From IMG/VR virus record IMGVR_UViG_3300022700_000069, positions 1 to 64,000 of that record: a stretch of DNA of 64,000 nucleotides. The stretch is one strand, 5' to 3'. Shown here piece by piece: positions 29,632 to 40,373 of this stretch. Numbering within the stretch: the stretch's first letter is position 1; each line of letters opens with the position of its first letter. The DNA is from a virus. The notes under the pieces were generated by a model, which made no database searches, had not been told where the DNA came from, and saw only the letters and a program-made list of their open reading frames with translations. The translations under genes and the position numbers were made by a program.

Positions 29632-30322
29632 AATATTTATTTTTATATTCCCATTTATACCCAAATGCTGTTTTATTTCTTTTTCGTAAACATTGCATAA
29701 TTCCAGAACGACCAACATTAAGCATTTTTGATGCATTAGAAATTGATTCAAATTCAGAAATTATGTTCCCATTTAAATCAAGTTGTAATATCGCTTTTTT
29801 ATTTACAACATTTCTACGCATATTTACATAATCAATTTTCCTTTTTTTTATGGATTCTTTCCACTTATCCCAATCAGTATTTTCTCTAATTTTTCTTAAT
29901 CTTTCTGGATCATAATAATCAATTTTTGAAGTACGTTTAGCTATATTTCTTTTTTTATCTTCTTCAGAATTAAATGTATTTAAATGTTTTGCTCTACTTT
30001 GTTGATGAAAATTAGGTTTTGTATAATCAATAAAATTTGAGGTATCACCACCATCACTATTTTCTATTCGTAAATTTGCCCATTCATTTGATTTAACAAC
30101 ATTATATTTTATGCTTAATTCATTTCCAATTTTAATTAATTCTGATACATCATTAGTTTCAAAAACAATTTCTGTTTTTATATCAATATAGGATAAATTA
30201 TATTTTTTTAAATGTCTTTTCCATATTTTTCCGCTACCATTATAAATGTAAGGATTTTTTGTTGTTTTACCTAAATATTTCAAACCAAATGGACTTGTTT
30301 TTATATATAGATAGTATTTCAT
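29615..30322 (-). CDS. Seg-like GIY-YIG homing endonuclease with C-terminal NUMOD1-type HTH
   Basis: YLYIKT..GLKYLGKT..YNGSGKIWKRHL; FESISNASKML..IMQCL..TAFGYKWEY; overlaps the thyA start. Confidence 0.8.
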   Translation of the reverse strand: MKYYLYIKTSPFGLKYLGKTTKNPYIYNGSGKIWKRHLKKYNLSYIDIKTEIVFETNDVSELIKIGNELSIKYNVVKSNEWANLRIENSDGGDTSNFIDYTKPNFHQQSRAKHLNTFNSEEDKKRNIAKRTSKIDYYDPERLRKIRENTDWDKWKESIKKRKIDYVNMRRNVVNKKAILQLDLNGNIISEFESISNASKMLNVGRSGIMQCLRKRNKTAFGYKWEYKNKYYDKSR

Positions 30323-30326
30323 TTTA

Positions 30327-30542
30327 TTAAATTTTATTACTAAATGCTATAATATCCTTAATATCTAATGTATCGAAAATATTTTTAATAAAAACATCAT
30401 CTAATTCAAGATCAATATTATCTTTACTATTATATATAAAATCTTTATATACATGAATTACTACACCATTTTCTTTTAAATGTTTACCTTCTAAAGTGTC
30501 ATCAGTATATAAATTGCCTTTAATATAAATATTACCTTCCAT
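30327..30542 (-). CDS. Hypothetical protein
   Basis: 71-aa ORF in the operon. Confidence 0.5.
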   Translation of the reverse strand: MEGNIYIKGNLYTDDTLEGKHLKENGVVIHVYKDFIYNSKDNIDLELDDVFIKNIFDTLDIKDIIAFSNKI

Positions 30543-30547
30543 ATTAT

Positions 30548-31045
30548 CTACTTTTTTCCTGATGCCCCATAACCATCAATGCCTCTTTCAGTATTTGATA
30601 ATTCTTTTACTTGTTTAAGATTAATTTTAGGAATTTCCATAAATACAATTTGACCACATCTATCACCAATTTCATAATAATCTAAATGTCTGTTTATTAA
30701 ATTTAAATCAATTTTTTCATTTATCATATAATCATCATATTGTACATATTGTTGTACAAGATCATGTACAGCATTAATATATCTAAATCTAATTTCTCCT
30801 CTATATGAAGCATCGACAACACCTACAGCATTTTTTAACATTAAATCTTCTTTAGTAACAGAACTTCTTGGAAAAAGAAATCCTGCATATCCCTCTGGTA
30901 TTTCAAATGCTAAACCAGTACCATATTCAATATATTTATTTGTTTTATTTATTGATGTTGCATATAAATCAAACCCAGCATCAATATCATATTTTTTATA
31001 TGGTTCTTTTGCTTTATCATTTAATTTTTTATATTTTATTTCCAT
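30548..31045 (-). CDS. dut: Trimeric dUTPase
   Basis: AGFDL, PRSS, GVVDASYRGEI, GDRCGQ, RGIDGYGASG. Confidence 0.95.
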   Translation of the reverse strand: MEIKYKKLNDKAKEPYKKYDIDAGFDLYATSINKTNKYIEYGTGLAFEIPEGYAGFLFPRSSVTKEDLMLKNAVGVVDASYRGEIRFRYINAVHDLVQQYVQYDDYMINEKIDLNLINRHLDYYEIGDRCGQIVFMEIPKINLKQVKELSNTERGIDGYGASGKK

Positions 31046-31335
31046 TTATTCAAATTTTTTAATTTGTTTAATATTTTATTAGTTTGATCATTAACATTCA
31101 AATCAGTTTGCTCATTATTTACATATTTTTCATAATCATTTTCAAATGATTTATTAGATTTTTCTAAATCATTTATAATTTTAAGAATATTTCTAGCATA
31201 TTCACCTTTATCCTTAAAAATCTTAATAATTGATTCTTTTTCTGATTCTGACTGTGTATAAGTGTTTTCATCACCATAAAACTCTAATGTCTGTTTTAAT
31301 AGTGCAATTATGTTTTCATAATGTTCTTTTTCCAT
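31036..31335 (-). CDS. Hypothetical protein
   Basis: 99-aa ORF overlapping both neighbours. Confidence 0.6.
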   Translation of the reverse strand: MEKEHYENIIALLKQTLEFYGDENTYTQSESEKESIIKIFKDKGEYARNILKIINDLEKSNKSFENDYEKYVNNEQTDLNVNDQTNKILNKLKNLNKWK

Positions 31336-31688
31336 TATTCTTGATTTTCATTATCGTTTAATAAATTCTTTTTTTCATCTCTTTTTTCTTTTAAAATCTT
31401 TATTTCATCTGGATATAGAGTAAATTCTTTTCTATAGGGATGTTCATCTGATTTATTTTTTATTTCATGTATAAAATATTTTCCTTGACTTTCAGCATTT
31501 TTAAAATCTTCATATATTTTTTCAGTAATATTATTATATGAATAAACACCACCACGATTGAACGATATATATAATCTATTTTGTTTAGGAAAATAAGTGG
31601 TTTTTAAAATATTAGATGAATCATAAATCGTTTCATAATAACCAAGACTACCATCTTCTTCAAAATGTTTCTTTTCTGTAACTAACAT
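31335..31688 (-). CDS. KTSC domain protein
   Basis: SSNILKTTY..LYISFNRGGVYSYNNI..YEDFKNAESQGKYF; host-type TATATTTG at 31708-31715 (-). Confidence 0.8.
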   Translation of the reverse strand: MLVTEKKHFEEDGSLGYYETIYDSSNILKTTYFPKQNRLYISFNRGGVYSYNNITEKIYEDFKNAESQGKYFIHEIKNKSDEHPYRKEFTLYPDEIKILKEKRDEKKNLLNDNENQE

Positions 31689-31763
31689 AGTTTATTAATT
31701 TTAATGACAAATATATAACAATTCCAAACAAATTACAAGAGTATTTATATATAAAACTAAAAT

Positions 31764-32537
31764 ATGTCATTACCAAAGAAAAAGCAGGTAAAATATTCAA
31801 TGGATGTTAATCCACCAAAAATTGGTACAAAATATTTAAAATATGGTATGGATCGTATTGAAGAATTAATGAATAAAACAGATGAAAAAACAAAATATCT
31901 TCCACGAACAATTAATTTTGAAGATATGGATCAAGCTGTTTATAATTATATTAATGAGGGTGATATGAAATTATATCTTGATGGTAAAGAAGTACCAACA
32001 TTTTATTTAGATAATGATCGTTGGGGAGAATTTTCAAAAACATGGAAATTCATGGATGATGATAAAAATGTTCCAACACCATATATAACAGTAAGGAGAA
32101 TTGATAAGAAACCGGGTACTCGTATTGGTAATAAAGCACGAATACCACAACCAAGAAAATTTAGATATATGGATGTACCAATACTTGATGAAGGTGAAAT
32201 AATATATTTACGATTTAAAATGCCAGAACCAACAAATGTAGATATGGTATATGAAATTTCATTATTTACAAAATATCGTGTTGATGTTAATTTATATGAT
32301 GAAATTGTTTTAAAAAATTTTGCATCTAAACAAGACTATGTTTTTACTAATGGCACACCCTTTCCATTAGAATTAGATGGTATTGAAGAAGCAAATTCTA
32401 TTGAAAATGTTGATGGTGATAGATTTTTTGTTTCTAAATATACTTTAAAACTTAAGGGATTTATTCAAAATGAAGATGAATTTGAAATAACAAAAACATT
32501 TAGAAAAACAAAATTGGGTTTTACTGTTGAACGTTAA
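31764..32537 (+). CDS. Tail completion/terminator protein (gp15-like)
   Basis: Late motif at 31741; DRW...PYITVRR...PTNVDMVYEISL...YTLKLKGFI pattern. Confidence 0.55.
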   Translation: MSLPKKKQVKYSMDVNPPKIGTKYLKYGMDRIEELMNKTDEKTKYLPRTINFEDMDQAVYNYINEGDMKLYLDGKEVPTFYLDNDRWGEFSKTWKFMDDDKNVPTPYITVRRIDKKPGTRIGNKARIPQPRKFRYMDVPILDEGEIIYLRFKMPEPTNVDMVYEISLFTKYRVDVNLYDEIVLKNFASKQDYVFTNGTPFPLELDGIEEANSIENVDGDRFFVSKYTLKLKGFIQNEDEFEITKTFRKTKLGFTVER

Positions 32538-33367
32538 CTGGTTGTTTCATATTTACCAGTTTCAAAATTAAAAGTATTTCCATCAGGATAATTTTGTTGT
32601 AAATTATTAAAATTTTCAAAAGTATTATTATATCTTTCAAGATAATTATCAGAATTTACTAATTCTTTTGCATATAATGTTGATATATTATCATCTAAAA
32701 AAGATGGTGTTAAAAATTTCCATGTTTTATTAACTAAATCAATTTCAGTTTTAAAGTGTAATTTTTCGGCAGTTGTGATATCTTCATTATCTTCATTATA
32801 AAAAACAACAGTATTACCAGATTTTGCATTATAAAAACTAATTCTAGTATATCCAGTATATTTATCAACATTTGATTTAGTTCCTAAATAATTAATTGGT
32901 ATATATTGATTATATAATTGAAATTGTGGATCAAATTTATATTTACTACTTGGTAGTGGTCCATCATCAATATTAAATGATTTTAAATTGGTTAAATATG
33001 TTGAAAATATTTTTATCTGATTTGCTGGTTCATATGAATCAAAAAAATCAAAAATAAAAAAGCTATTTAAAAATTTTAAATCTGTAGGAATTTCATTTGA
33101 AGCAAATCCAGCATATATAAAATTTGATTGCCAAATTTGATCATTAAATGAATAAAATTTAATAGCTAAATATTTAGTAATATTATTATCATTTAATTTA
33201 AATTTAAATACTTCACCATCAGTAGCATCATTAATTGAATCTGCTGATTTAATATTTGTATATTCTTCAATTTCTTGTTGATAACCACTAAATTCACTAT
33301 CATTACTAAGTGGAATTTGAATATTTATATTATTACCAGTATATTTTATATTTTTTTTAATTAGCAT
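32534..33367 (-). CDS. Hypothetical structural protein
   Basis: Overlaps the upstream late gene. Confidence 0.55.
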   Translation of the reverse strand: MLIKKNIKYTGNNINIQIPLSNDSEFSGYQQEIEEYTNIKSADSINDATDGEVFKFKLNDNNITKYLAIKFYSFNDQIWQSNFIYAGFASNEIPTDLKFLNSFFIFDFFDSYEPANQIKIFSTYLTNLKSFNIDDGPLPSSKYKFDPQFQLYNQYIPINYLGTKSNVDKYTGYTRISFYNAKSGNTVVFYNEDNEDITTAEKLHFKTEIDLVNKTWKFLTPSFLDDNISTLYAKELVNSDNYLERYNNTFENFNNLQQNYPDGNTFNFETGKYETTS

Positions 33368-34578
33368 GGTCTACCTATTTTATTGAGATCGTCTGATGGA
33401 TTATAATTTAATGATGTTGGTTTACCAAATTTAATTTCATTAAATACTTCTGCTGTATTTGGATGATCCATATTAGGTGTAACATTTAATAAAACATTTG
33501 AAAATAAATATCTCCTTTTATTTACAAAAGGATAATCAACACCATCACCAGTAAGAGGATCAATATATCCTTGTTCTAATATATCTCTCCAAATCATATT
33601 ACCATCTCCTAAATCTGTTGCATAATATGGGATATCTGATATTTCATCATATGCTGTTCCACCCGTATTTGCTCTACTTATTTGATTACTAAAATATCTC
33701 AATTTAAATGGAATAAATGGATTATATTTCCATTGTAATTCTTTTTTTTCTGAATCTTGCGATTGTGAACCTTGTGTTGATATTGGGTTAGTTATGTATG
33801 GTGTTGATATATAATATATTTGTGGTTTAATATTTGTTTGTAAAAATTCATTTTTTTGATAACTAATTTTATTACCATAAATAATATCACCAATATTATA
33901 ATTTGTAGGTGAAAAAGGAATAATATTTGTATCACCACTAATTGACCATGTTGTAGCACTCATTGTTTCAATAAATGGATCAAAATTTTCAATATTTATT
34001 AAATGATTTGATCTATTATATACTGGATAAAGATATAAATCAGTTATTGGAAAACCAAAATCATCAATCCAATCAGTAATATCAAAATCTTTATTAAAAA
34101 TAAAACTATATGTTGGTTCATTAAATATATTTAATGAATATCCTGCATTAAATAATTCAAAATCATTCGGTGTTGCAATAACTTCATATTTTGTTACATA
34201 TTCATTTTCGGTTTCTGTTAACTTTTCATGTTCAATGGGTTTTACCAAATAAAATTTAAATGAATTTATTACATTTTTATAATCATTGGTATTTACTAAT
34301 TCTTCATATCTTGGTTTTCTAAAAAAATCTTTTAAATATACATATTCTTTATATAAACCATTTAATGTAGATAAATAATTTAGACTACCATATATTCTAT
34401 ATATTTGTGTATTTTGTCTTTCTGCTTCAAAAACTTCAGTAGTACTTAAAACATTTCTAATGTTATATTCTAATATTTCATTACGTTGATTATTTAATAT
34501 AATTTTATCATATGTATCAACATTTGTAGAATTAACATTTTTTTCACTACCTAATTGTATTTGTATGTTCTTATCCAC
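33361..34578 (-). CDS. Hypothetical structural protein (probable GTG start at 34578)
   Basis: Late motif GTATTTAT at 34595-34602 (-) lies inside the longer ORF call, so the start is moved downstream. Confidence 0.55.
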   Translation of the reverse strand: MDKNIQIQLGSEKNVNSTNVDTYDKIILNNQRNEILEYNIRNVLSTTEVFEAERQNTQIYRIYGSLNYLSTLNGLYKEYVYLKDFFRKPRYEELVNTNDYKNVINSFKFYLVKPIEHEKLTETENEYVTKYEVIATPNDFELFNAGYSLNIFNEPTYSFIFNKDFDITDWIDDFGFPITDLYLYPVYNRSNHLINIENFDPFIETMSATTWSISGDTNIIPFSPTNYNIGDIIYGNKISYQKNEFLQTNIKPQIYYISTPYITNPISTQGSQSQDSEKKELQWKYNPFIPFKLRYFSNQISRANTGGTAYDEISDIPYYATDLGDGNMIWRDILEQGYIDPLTGDGVDYPFVNKRRYLFSNVLLNVTPNMDHPNTAEVFNEIKFGKPTSLNYNPSDDLNKIGRPC

Positions 34579-34625
34579 TTTCCTATATTTTATTATAAAT
34601 ACCAAAAAAAATATTTGTAAATATT

Positions 34626-34651
34626 TGTAACAAAATTTATAAAATATCGTA
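34626..34651 (+). promoter_or_regulatory. ECF-sigma-type promoter TGTAAC-N16-CGTA
   Basis: TGTAAC at 34626-34631, 16-nt spacer, CGTA at 34648-34651, 36 nt before the lipoprotein ATG. Confidence 0.5.
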
Positions 34652-34687
34652 TTATTAATTAATTATAAACTATAAAATAAAAAAATT

Positions 34688-35167
34688 ATGAAAAATTTAG
34701 TATTATTATTTGGACTTTTATTAATGTTAATTATTTCTTCATGTGATGAAAGTATTGTTCCATCCCCTGAAGAAGACAACAACAATGAAGAAACAGAAAA
34801 CAAAATTAAACCAGAGGATTTAGTTGGTAATTGGGATTTTATTTCTCTTCTGTTTAATGGAATTACTACTTATAGTTGTGGTAATTATTTGACTGATGAT
34901 TATAATCTTGTTACACTTGATCTTCATAATGTAACCGAATCAGAAATGACACTTCATGACAAATGTGAAAATGGGGATAATACTTTTGAATATACTATTG
35001 AAGAAGATTTAATTATAAATTATGATTCATTTGGTGATGAATATGTTGAATTTCAAATTATGAATTATGACTCATTTGAGGGAGATACTTTAAAATTAAA
35101 ACTTATAGAACCTTCAGATTATGATATACTCCCTATAGGTGGTATATATACAGTGGCAAAACAGTAA
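34688..35167 (+). CDS. Lipoprotein, lipocalin-like domain
   Basis: Lipobox IISSC followed by acidic residues (DES..EED); LVGNW motif; ends GGIYTVAKQ. Confidence 0.75.
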   Translation: MKNLVLLFGLLLMLIISSCDESIVPSPEEDNNNEETENKIKPEDLVGNWDFISLLFNGITTYSCGNYLTDDYNLVTLDLHNVTESEMTLHDKCENGDNTFEYTIEEDLIINYDSFGDEYVEFQIMNYDSFEGDTLKLKLIEPSDYDILPIGGIYTVAKQ

Positions 35168-35175
35168 TAAAACAT

Positions 35176-35204
35176 AAACCCATCGAATTCGATGGGTTTT
35201 TTTT
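35176..35204. terminator. Terminator between convergent genes
   Basis: Perfect palindrome aaacccatcgaattcgatgggttt plus T tract. Confidence 0.88.
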
Positions 35205-37311
35205 ATTGTTCTATAAGACCCAATTCAAAAAGATATGAAATACAATCAGAATCATCAAATCCTTTATAAAAATAGTATTTTGTATCAACTTCTGAACTAT
35301 TGGGGTCACCATCTTCTTTCCCTCCATTATATGGGCATGGTTTATCTAATCCCCAATCTAGTGGGATTTTTTCAGGGTCTCCATTGCGATAATAATTATT
35401 TTGTATGCCTTCTAATGTATTACCCCAAATTTCATTATTTGTAAATCCCTTTTCATTTATATCAAACATTTCCCTAATATCATTCTCAGGGACTTCAATA
35501 ATATCTGTCCAGTGAAGATCATTACGAGCAAAATATATTGTATTTTTTTTATTATCTGCAATTATTTGTTCATTATCTCTTAAATAATAATAATTTTCTT
35601 GGGGTTTATCATTTTCTTGATTATGAAAAAAATCAGTTGTAAAAATATTATTTAATATGGTTGTCTGAATATGTGTTAATTGTGGAAAATGGATACTTAA
35701 ATTCATCCAATTTGCTCCAAATAGTTTTGTGCCACCATTTGTTTCACTATTTGATGGAAAATCATACTGTTCATTACCAGTAACTTCAAACCCATTATTA
35801 GTGTAATTATTAGTTGCAATTACACCAACATTATTATACGGTGATTGATTTAATGGATCATTAATTATATCTTCACTAAAAAATCCATTACCATTTTGAT
35901 CTACAATTGTACCACTATTATCATTATAGACAGTACCGTGAAATTTAGAAACACTATAAAATTTACCAGCTTCAAATATTTTATGTTGTTTTCTCCAAAT
36001 TCTATTTTGAGTACCACGATTAAGACTAAAATATTTACCATCATCCCCATATTGAGGAAATTTTAATCTAACTCTGTATGGTTTATTATAGCCAATATTA
36101 GTATAATAATTTCTTGGTGGTAAGGGTGCTTCATTATTTGTTATTTCTAATGTAATAAACCCTCTAAATGTTGTAAAAGCACCAGTAAATTCATTTCCAA
36201 ATTCATCTGTTGTTATTCTTCCTCTATTACATTTTATAATAAAAACAAAATCACCACCTCTTTTATATGAAATATATTCTGATGGATCAAGTAATTTCAT
36301 ATTTTTCTCTAAAAAATCTTCATCATTTGGGTCAGCATTTTCAATTTCCTCATCTGTAATTTCGGGTGGGTAATAATATATTCTTTCTTTAACGTTTCCT
36401 GCTCTTTTAGAATACATTCCTAATATTTCATCATTACCCGTATAAAAATCTTTAATTCCATTAATAGCACTATCTCTCCCCCATGTAGTTGCTTCACTAT
36501 CAGTAAAAACACTTCCAAAAACATAAAATACATTTTCAAGTGCTGCTCTAATTCTAAAATCAACTTTTGTTATACCAATATCAAAGTTTTCATTATCCCC
36601 CCAAAAAGGTATAACATCAACAGATATATCTTGTGTTTCAATATGAGGAAGATCATCCAAATCATCACTTTCTTTAATTCTTGAATTATTATTGATAAAT
36701 AAATTAGGTGAATAACCTAAATCATTAACCATTGCTTCTGGTGTCATTGAATTTTTACCAATATCAGTAATATCAACACTCATATGTACTGTTTGTGTAC
36801 CAACCGGAACACCAAATATCATATAATCACCAGCACTATTAGTAACAGTAGTATATTTATAATATTTTTCAAAAACTTCAAGATATGTTGGATTTGTTAT
36901 AATTTCTTCTTTTGTTGGAAATGAACCAAATGGTTGTTTGGGTTTGATATCGTTGGCTATTGGGTTAAATTCACCAACTCTTGGAAGTAAATTATATCTT
37001 TTACCTTCATTATTTTTATCACTTGGTTTTTTAAATGGGTAAATACTAATAATATCATCATTATTTTCATCTTCTTCATTTAATGGTATAAAAATGGAAA
37101 TTTTAGCATTGGGAACACTAATACCATTATTTGCATTGACTCTACCAACTAAAACACCATAATTTGCATTAAAATCTTGATATGCATCCTTTGTATTAAT
37201 ATTTAATGACATTATTTCAAGAGTATCTACATCTTGTTCTAATTTAACATATAAATATTTATCATCTTTTAATGTTTCTGGACTTATTCTAATTTTTTGT
37301 GATTTATTCAT
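35203..37311 (-). CDS. Structural protein (baseplate/tail-associated; Ig-like N-domain)
   Basis: Late motif at 37330-37337 (-); GVLVGRV..VPNAKISIF..TNSAGDYMIFGVPVGTQTV. Confidence 0.5.
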   Translation of the reverse strand: MNKSQKIRISPETLKDDKYLYVKLEQDVDTLEIMSLNINTKDAYQDFNANYGVLVGRVNANNGISVPNAKISIFIPLNEEDENNDDIISIYPFKKPSDKNNEGKRYNLLPRVGEFNPIANDIKPKQPFGSFPTKEEIITNPTYLEVFEKYYKYTTVTNSAGDYMIFGVPVGTQTVHMSVDITDIGKNSMTPEAMVNDLGYSPNLFINNNSRIKESDDLDDLPHIETQDISVDVIPFWGDNENFDIGITKVDFRIRAALENVFYVFGSVFTDSEATTWGRDSAINGIKDFYTGNDEILGMYSKRAGNVKERIYYYPPEITDEEIENADPNDEDFLEKNMKLLDPSEYISYKRGGDFVFIIKCNRGRITTDEFGNEFTGAFTTFRGFITLEITNNEAPLPPRNYYTNIGYNKPYRVRLKFPQYGDDGKYFSLNRGTQNRIWRKQHKIFEAGKFYSVSKFHGTVYNDNSGTIVDQNGNGFFSEDIINDPLNQSPYNNVGVIATNNYTNNGFEVTGNEQYDFPSNSETNGGTKLFGANWMNLSIHFPQLTHIQTTILNNIFTTDFFHNQENDKPQENYYYLRDNEQIIADNKKNTIYFARNDLHWTDIIEVPENDIREMFDINEKGFTNNEIWGNTLEGIQNNYYRNGDPEKIPLDWGLDKPCPYNGGKEDGDPNSSEVDTKYYFYKGFDDSDCISYLFELGLIEQ

Positions 37312-37557
37312 TTTAATGAATTTTTTTTTATAAATACTAAAATAAAGAAAATCATAAATTTATCAAAAAAATATAAAAAATGAAATTTTTTTAGAAAAAA
37401 AATAAAAATTTTAAATAAAAAAATTTAAAAAATATGAAATTCCAAAAAATTATACTAATGTTATAATAATTACGATAAAACACCTTTTCGATTATTTTTT
37501 AGTATTTATTAAAAAATGTAATAAAAAAATAAATTAAATAAATAAACATTAATTAAC

Positions 37558-40332
37558 ATGGCAGAATTTGTATTTACTTCACCCGGAGTGAAATTTAAAG
37601 AACGTGATTTAACATTCGTAACACGTAATGTGGGTATAACAACATTAGGTCTTGTAGGTGAAACTATAAAAGGACCTGCATTTGAACCTGTTTTTATACA
37701 AGATGCAGGACAATTCAGAGATAGATTTGGCACTCAAAGAATAAAAAAGTTTCCAAATGGAAAACTTAAATATGAATTACCTTATGTAGCTAATGCATAT
37801 TTAGAAGAATCTAGTCAATTATGGGTAACTAGAGTATTAGGTCTTTCTGGATATGATGCTGGTAAAGCATGGGCAATAACATTGAGTGCTGGTGTCGATC
37901 CATCTACAACTGGTGAAACTACTTCAACAACAGGCACAACTGGATTTACTAATAATGTATTTTTAGGTAATACTATATATGAAACTGGTGATACTGGTTC
38001 AACATTTACTGGATTCACAAAAATAAATGATACTGAATTTGAAGGTGATTTAATTGAATTTACAGCAACCACATACAGTGCTAGTACTGGTAGTGGTACT
38101 GTCTTAACTAGAACAACTACATTAACAGGTACTTCATATTCTGATTATGAAGGAATGGTATTAGCTAAAATAAGAAGTAGAGGATATGTACAAGATATTG
38201 TAAATGAATCATCAGATACAATATTTGACACTGATCTTTTAACAATATCTGGTAATACTACTAATTCAGGTGTGGGTAATTTATTTGGTAAATTTACATT
38301 AAATGCATCTAAACCAACCGATCCTGATGATATTTCTGAAAATTATTTAGTAACATTAGACCCAAATGCTAGTTCATTTATATCGAATGTTGTTGGTGAT
38401 GAACCAAAAGATAAAAATACTAAAATCTGGATAGAAGCAATTTTTCCTGATTTAATTAAAAAATTAGATGCTGATGGAATTGGTTATGGTATTAATACTG
38501 AATTAATTGAAGCAACATCTAATATATATACTGATTATAAAACTGGTTTTAAAACACCTGAAACACCTTGGGTTGTATCACAACTTATGGGTAGTGAAAT
38601 TAACAGATTATTTAAATTTATATCAATATCTGATGGTGACTCAGCTAATGAAGAAATTAAAATAAGTATAACTAATATTAGACCAGATACATTAGAATTT
38701 GATGTAATTATTCGAGATTTTTATGATACTGATTCAGAACAAACAATACTTGAATCATTTTCAAGATGTTCATTAATTGAGGGTAGAACTAATTTTATTG
38801 GACAAAGAATTGGTACATCAGATGGTGAATATGATTTACAAAGTAATTATATAATGATTGAATTAGCTGATGAAATACCACAAACAGCATTTCCTGCTGG
38901 TTTTGAAGGATATCATTTAAATAAATGGTCATCTAATATCACAGGTGATGAAAGTAATGAAGGTGTTACTCCTAAATTATTTTATAAAACACAATATAAT
39001 CAAAATGAAAGATTAAATAGAGTATATTTAGGTATTTCAGAAAATGGTTATGACGGTGATGGTCTTGTTGGAAATGGTATAAATCAAAATATTTTTAATT
39101 TTAATGGTTGGGAAAATGGCGGTGATAATGTTATTAGTGCTTATACTAAAACTAAAGGTTTCCATATGGATTCTGGTGCAACTGGTAATTATAAAGATGG
39201 TAATACTATTATTGGTGAATTTGAAACTGGTGCTGGTCCATTTGGTAATATAAATGATGTTATTGATCCAACTGATACATATAATGACATACAATCAAGA
39301 AAATTTACATTAGCACCTTCAGGTGGTTTTGATGGATGGGATGTTAATAGAAATACAAGATCAAATATTGATGGATTTCAACAAACAGGTATTTTTGATG
39401 GTGTTGATCCTAATATCACACCTAAAAATGATCTTCAAGCATGGGAAACTGCTGTTAATACTTTTGCAAATCCTGAAGAAGTAACTATTAACTTATTTGC
39501 AACACCGGGACTAAATTGGAGTGATAATAATATATTAGTTCAAAATACATTAAATATGATTGAAAATGAAAGAACTGATACATTATATATTATTGATACT
39601 CCTGATGTTGATATTCCAAGAACAATTGGTGAAACTAAAAAAGATGTTCTTGCAGCAGAAGATATTACTGATCTTATTAATGTTGCTGCACTTGATTCAA
39701 GTTATGGTGCAACATATTTTCCATATATTCAAATTAGGGATACTGAAAATAATGTTAATGTATATCTTCCACCAACAGGTGAAGTTGTAAAAGCAATGGC
39801 ATATACTGATAACGTTAAATTTCCTTGGTTTGCACCTGCTGGTTTACAACGTGGTGTTACTGATGCAAGAAAATCAAAATATAAATTATCTCTTGATGCC
39901 CGTGATATCTTATATGAAGGTAGAATTAATCCAATGGCTGATTTTGCTGATTCTGGTACTGCAATATTTGGTCAAAAGACACTTCAAGTAAGAGAAAGTG
40001 CACTTGATAGAATTAATGTTCGTAGATTATTACTTCAAATTAAAGTATTAATTTCTAATATTGCAACAAGACTTGTTTTTGAACAAAATGATCAGGCAAC
40101 TATTGATCAGTTTTTATCAAAAGCAACACCAGTTCTTGATACAATTAAAAGAGAACGTGGTTTACAAGAATTTAGAATTAAAATGGATGATAGTAATAAT
40201 ACACCTGAAACAAGGGATAGAAATGAACTTTATGGTGAAATATTCCTTAAACCTACTCGTGCTGTAGAGTTTATCGGCATTACCTTTACCATTACACCGT
40301 CAGGTGCATCTTTTGATGAGGCTGGTGCGTAA
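37558..40332 (+). CDS. gp18: Tail sheath protein (gp18-like)
   Basis: SPGVKFKERD, GETIKGPAFEP, PWFAPAGLQRG, LYEGRINP, GQKTLQ, LDRINVRRLL, FEQND, LKPTRAVEFI. Confidence 0.96.
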   Translation: MAEFVFTSPGVKFKERDLTFVTRNVGITTLGLVGETIKGPAFEPVFIQDAGQFRDRFGTQRIKKFPNGKLKYELPYVANAYLEESSQLWVTRVLGLSGYDAGKAWAITLSAGVDPSTTGETTSTTGTTGFTNNVFLGNTIYETGDTGSTFTGFTKINDTEFEGDLIEFTATTYSASTGSGTVLTRTTTLTGTSYSDYEGMVLAKIRSRGYVQDIVNESSDTIFDTDLLTISGNTTNSGVGNLFGKFTLNASKPTDPDDISENYLVTLDPNASSFISNVVGDEPKDKNTKIWIEAIFPDLIKKLDADGIGYGINTELIEATSNIYTDYKTGFKTPETPWVVSQLMGSEINRLFKFISISDGDSANEEIKISITNIRPDTLEFDVIIRDFYDTDSEQTILESFSRCSLIEGRTNFIGQRIGTSDGEYDLQSNYIMIELADEIPQTAFPAGFEGYHLNKWSSNITGDESNEGVTPKLFYKTQYNQNERLNRVYLGISENGYDGDGLVGNGINQNIFNFNGWENGGDNVISAYTKTKGFHMDSGATGNYKDGNTIIGEFETGAGPFGNINDVIDPTDTYNDIQSRKFTLAPSGGFDGWDVNRNTRSNIDGFQQTGIFDGVDPNITPKNDLQAWETAVNTFANPEEVTINLFATPGLNWSDNNILVQNTLNMIENERTDTLYIIDTPDVDIPRTIGETKKDVLAAEDITDLINVAALDSSYGATYFPYIQIRDTENNVNVYLPPTGEVVKAMAYTDNVKFPWFAPAGLQRGVTDARKSKYKLSLDARDILYEGRINPMADFADSGTAIFGQKTLQVRESALDRINVRRLLLQIKVLISNIATRLVFEQNDQATIDQFLSKATPVLDTIKRERGLQEFRIKMDDSNNTPETRDRNELYGEIFLKPTRAVEFIGITFTITPSGASFDEAGA

Positions 40333-40340
40333 AAATAAAT

Positions 40341-40372
40341 AAAAAAAGGGGTCGATATCGACCCCTTTTTTT
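40341..40372. terminator. Bidirectional intrinsic terminator
   Basis: a7-ggggtcgatatcgacccc-t7 perfect palindrome between convergent genes. Confidence 0.92.
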
Positions 40373-40373
40373 A

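Noticed and set aside
29632-29751. Longer thyA N-terminus from the ORF track, or a group I intron in thyA
   Set aside because: The extension lies within the endonuclease gene, and thyA is continuous from MIKADKYY with no interruption.
37312-37557. A-rich 245-bp intergenic region as ncRNA
   Set aside because: Explained by two divergent late promoters; low complexity and no convincing structure.
35176-40372. Perfect palindromes centred on GAATTC (35176) and GATATC (40341) as operator or recombination sites
   Set aside because: Both lie between convergent genes with T tracts; terminators explain them.
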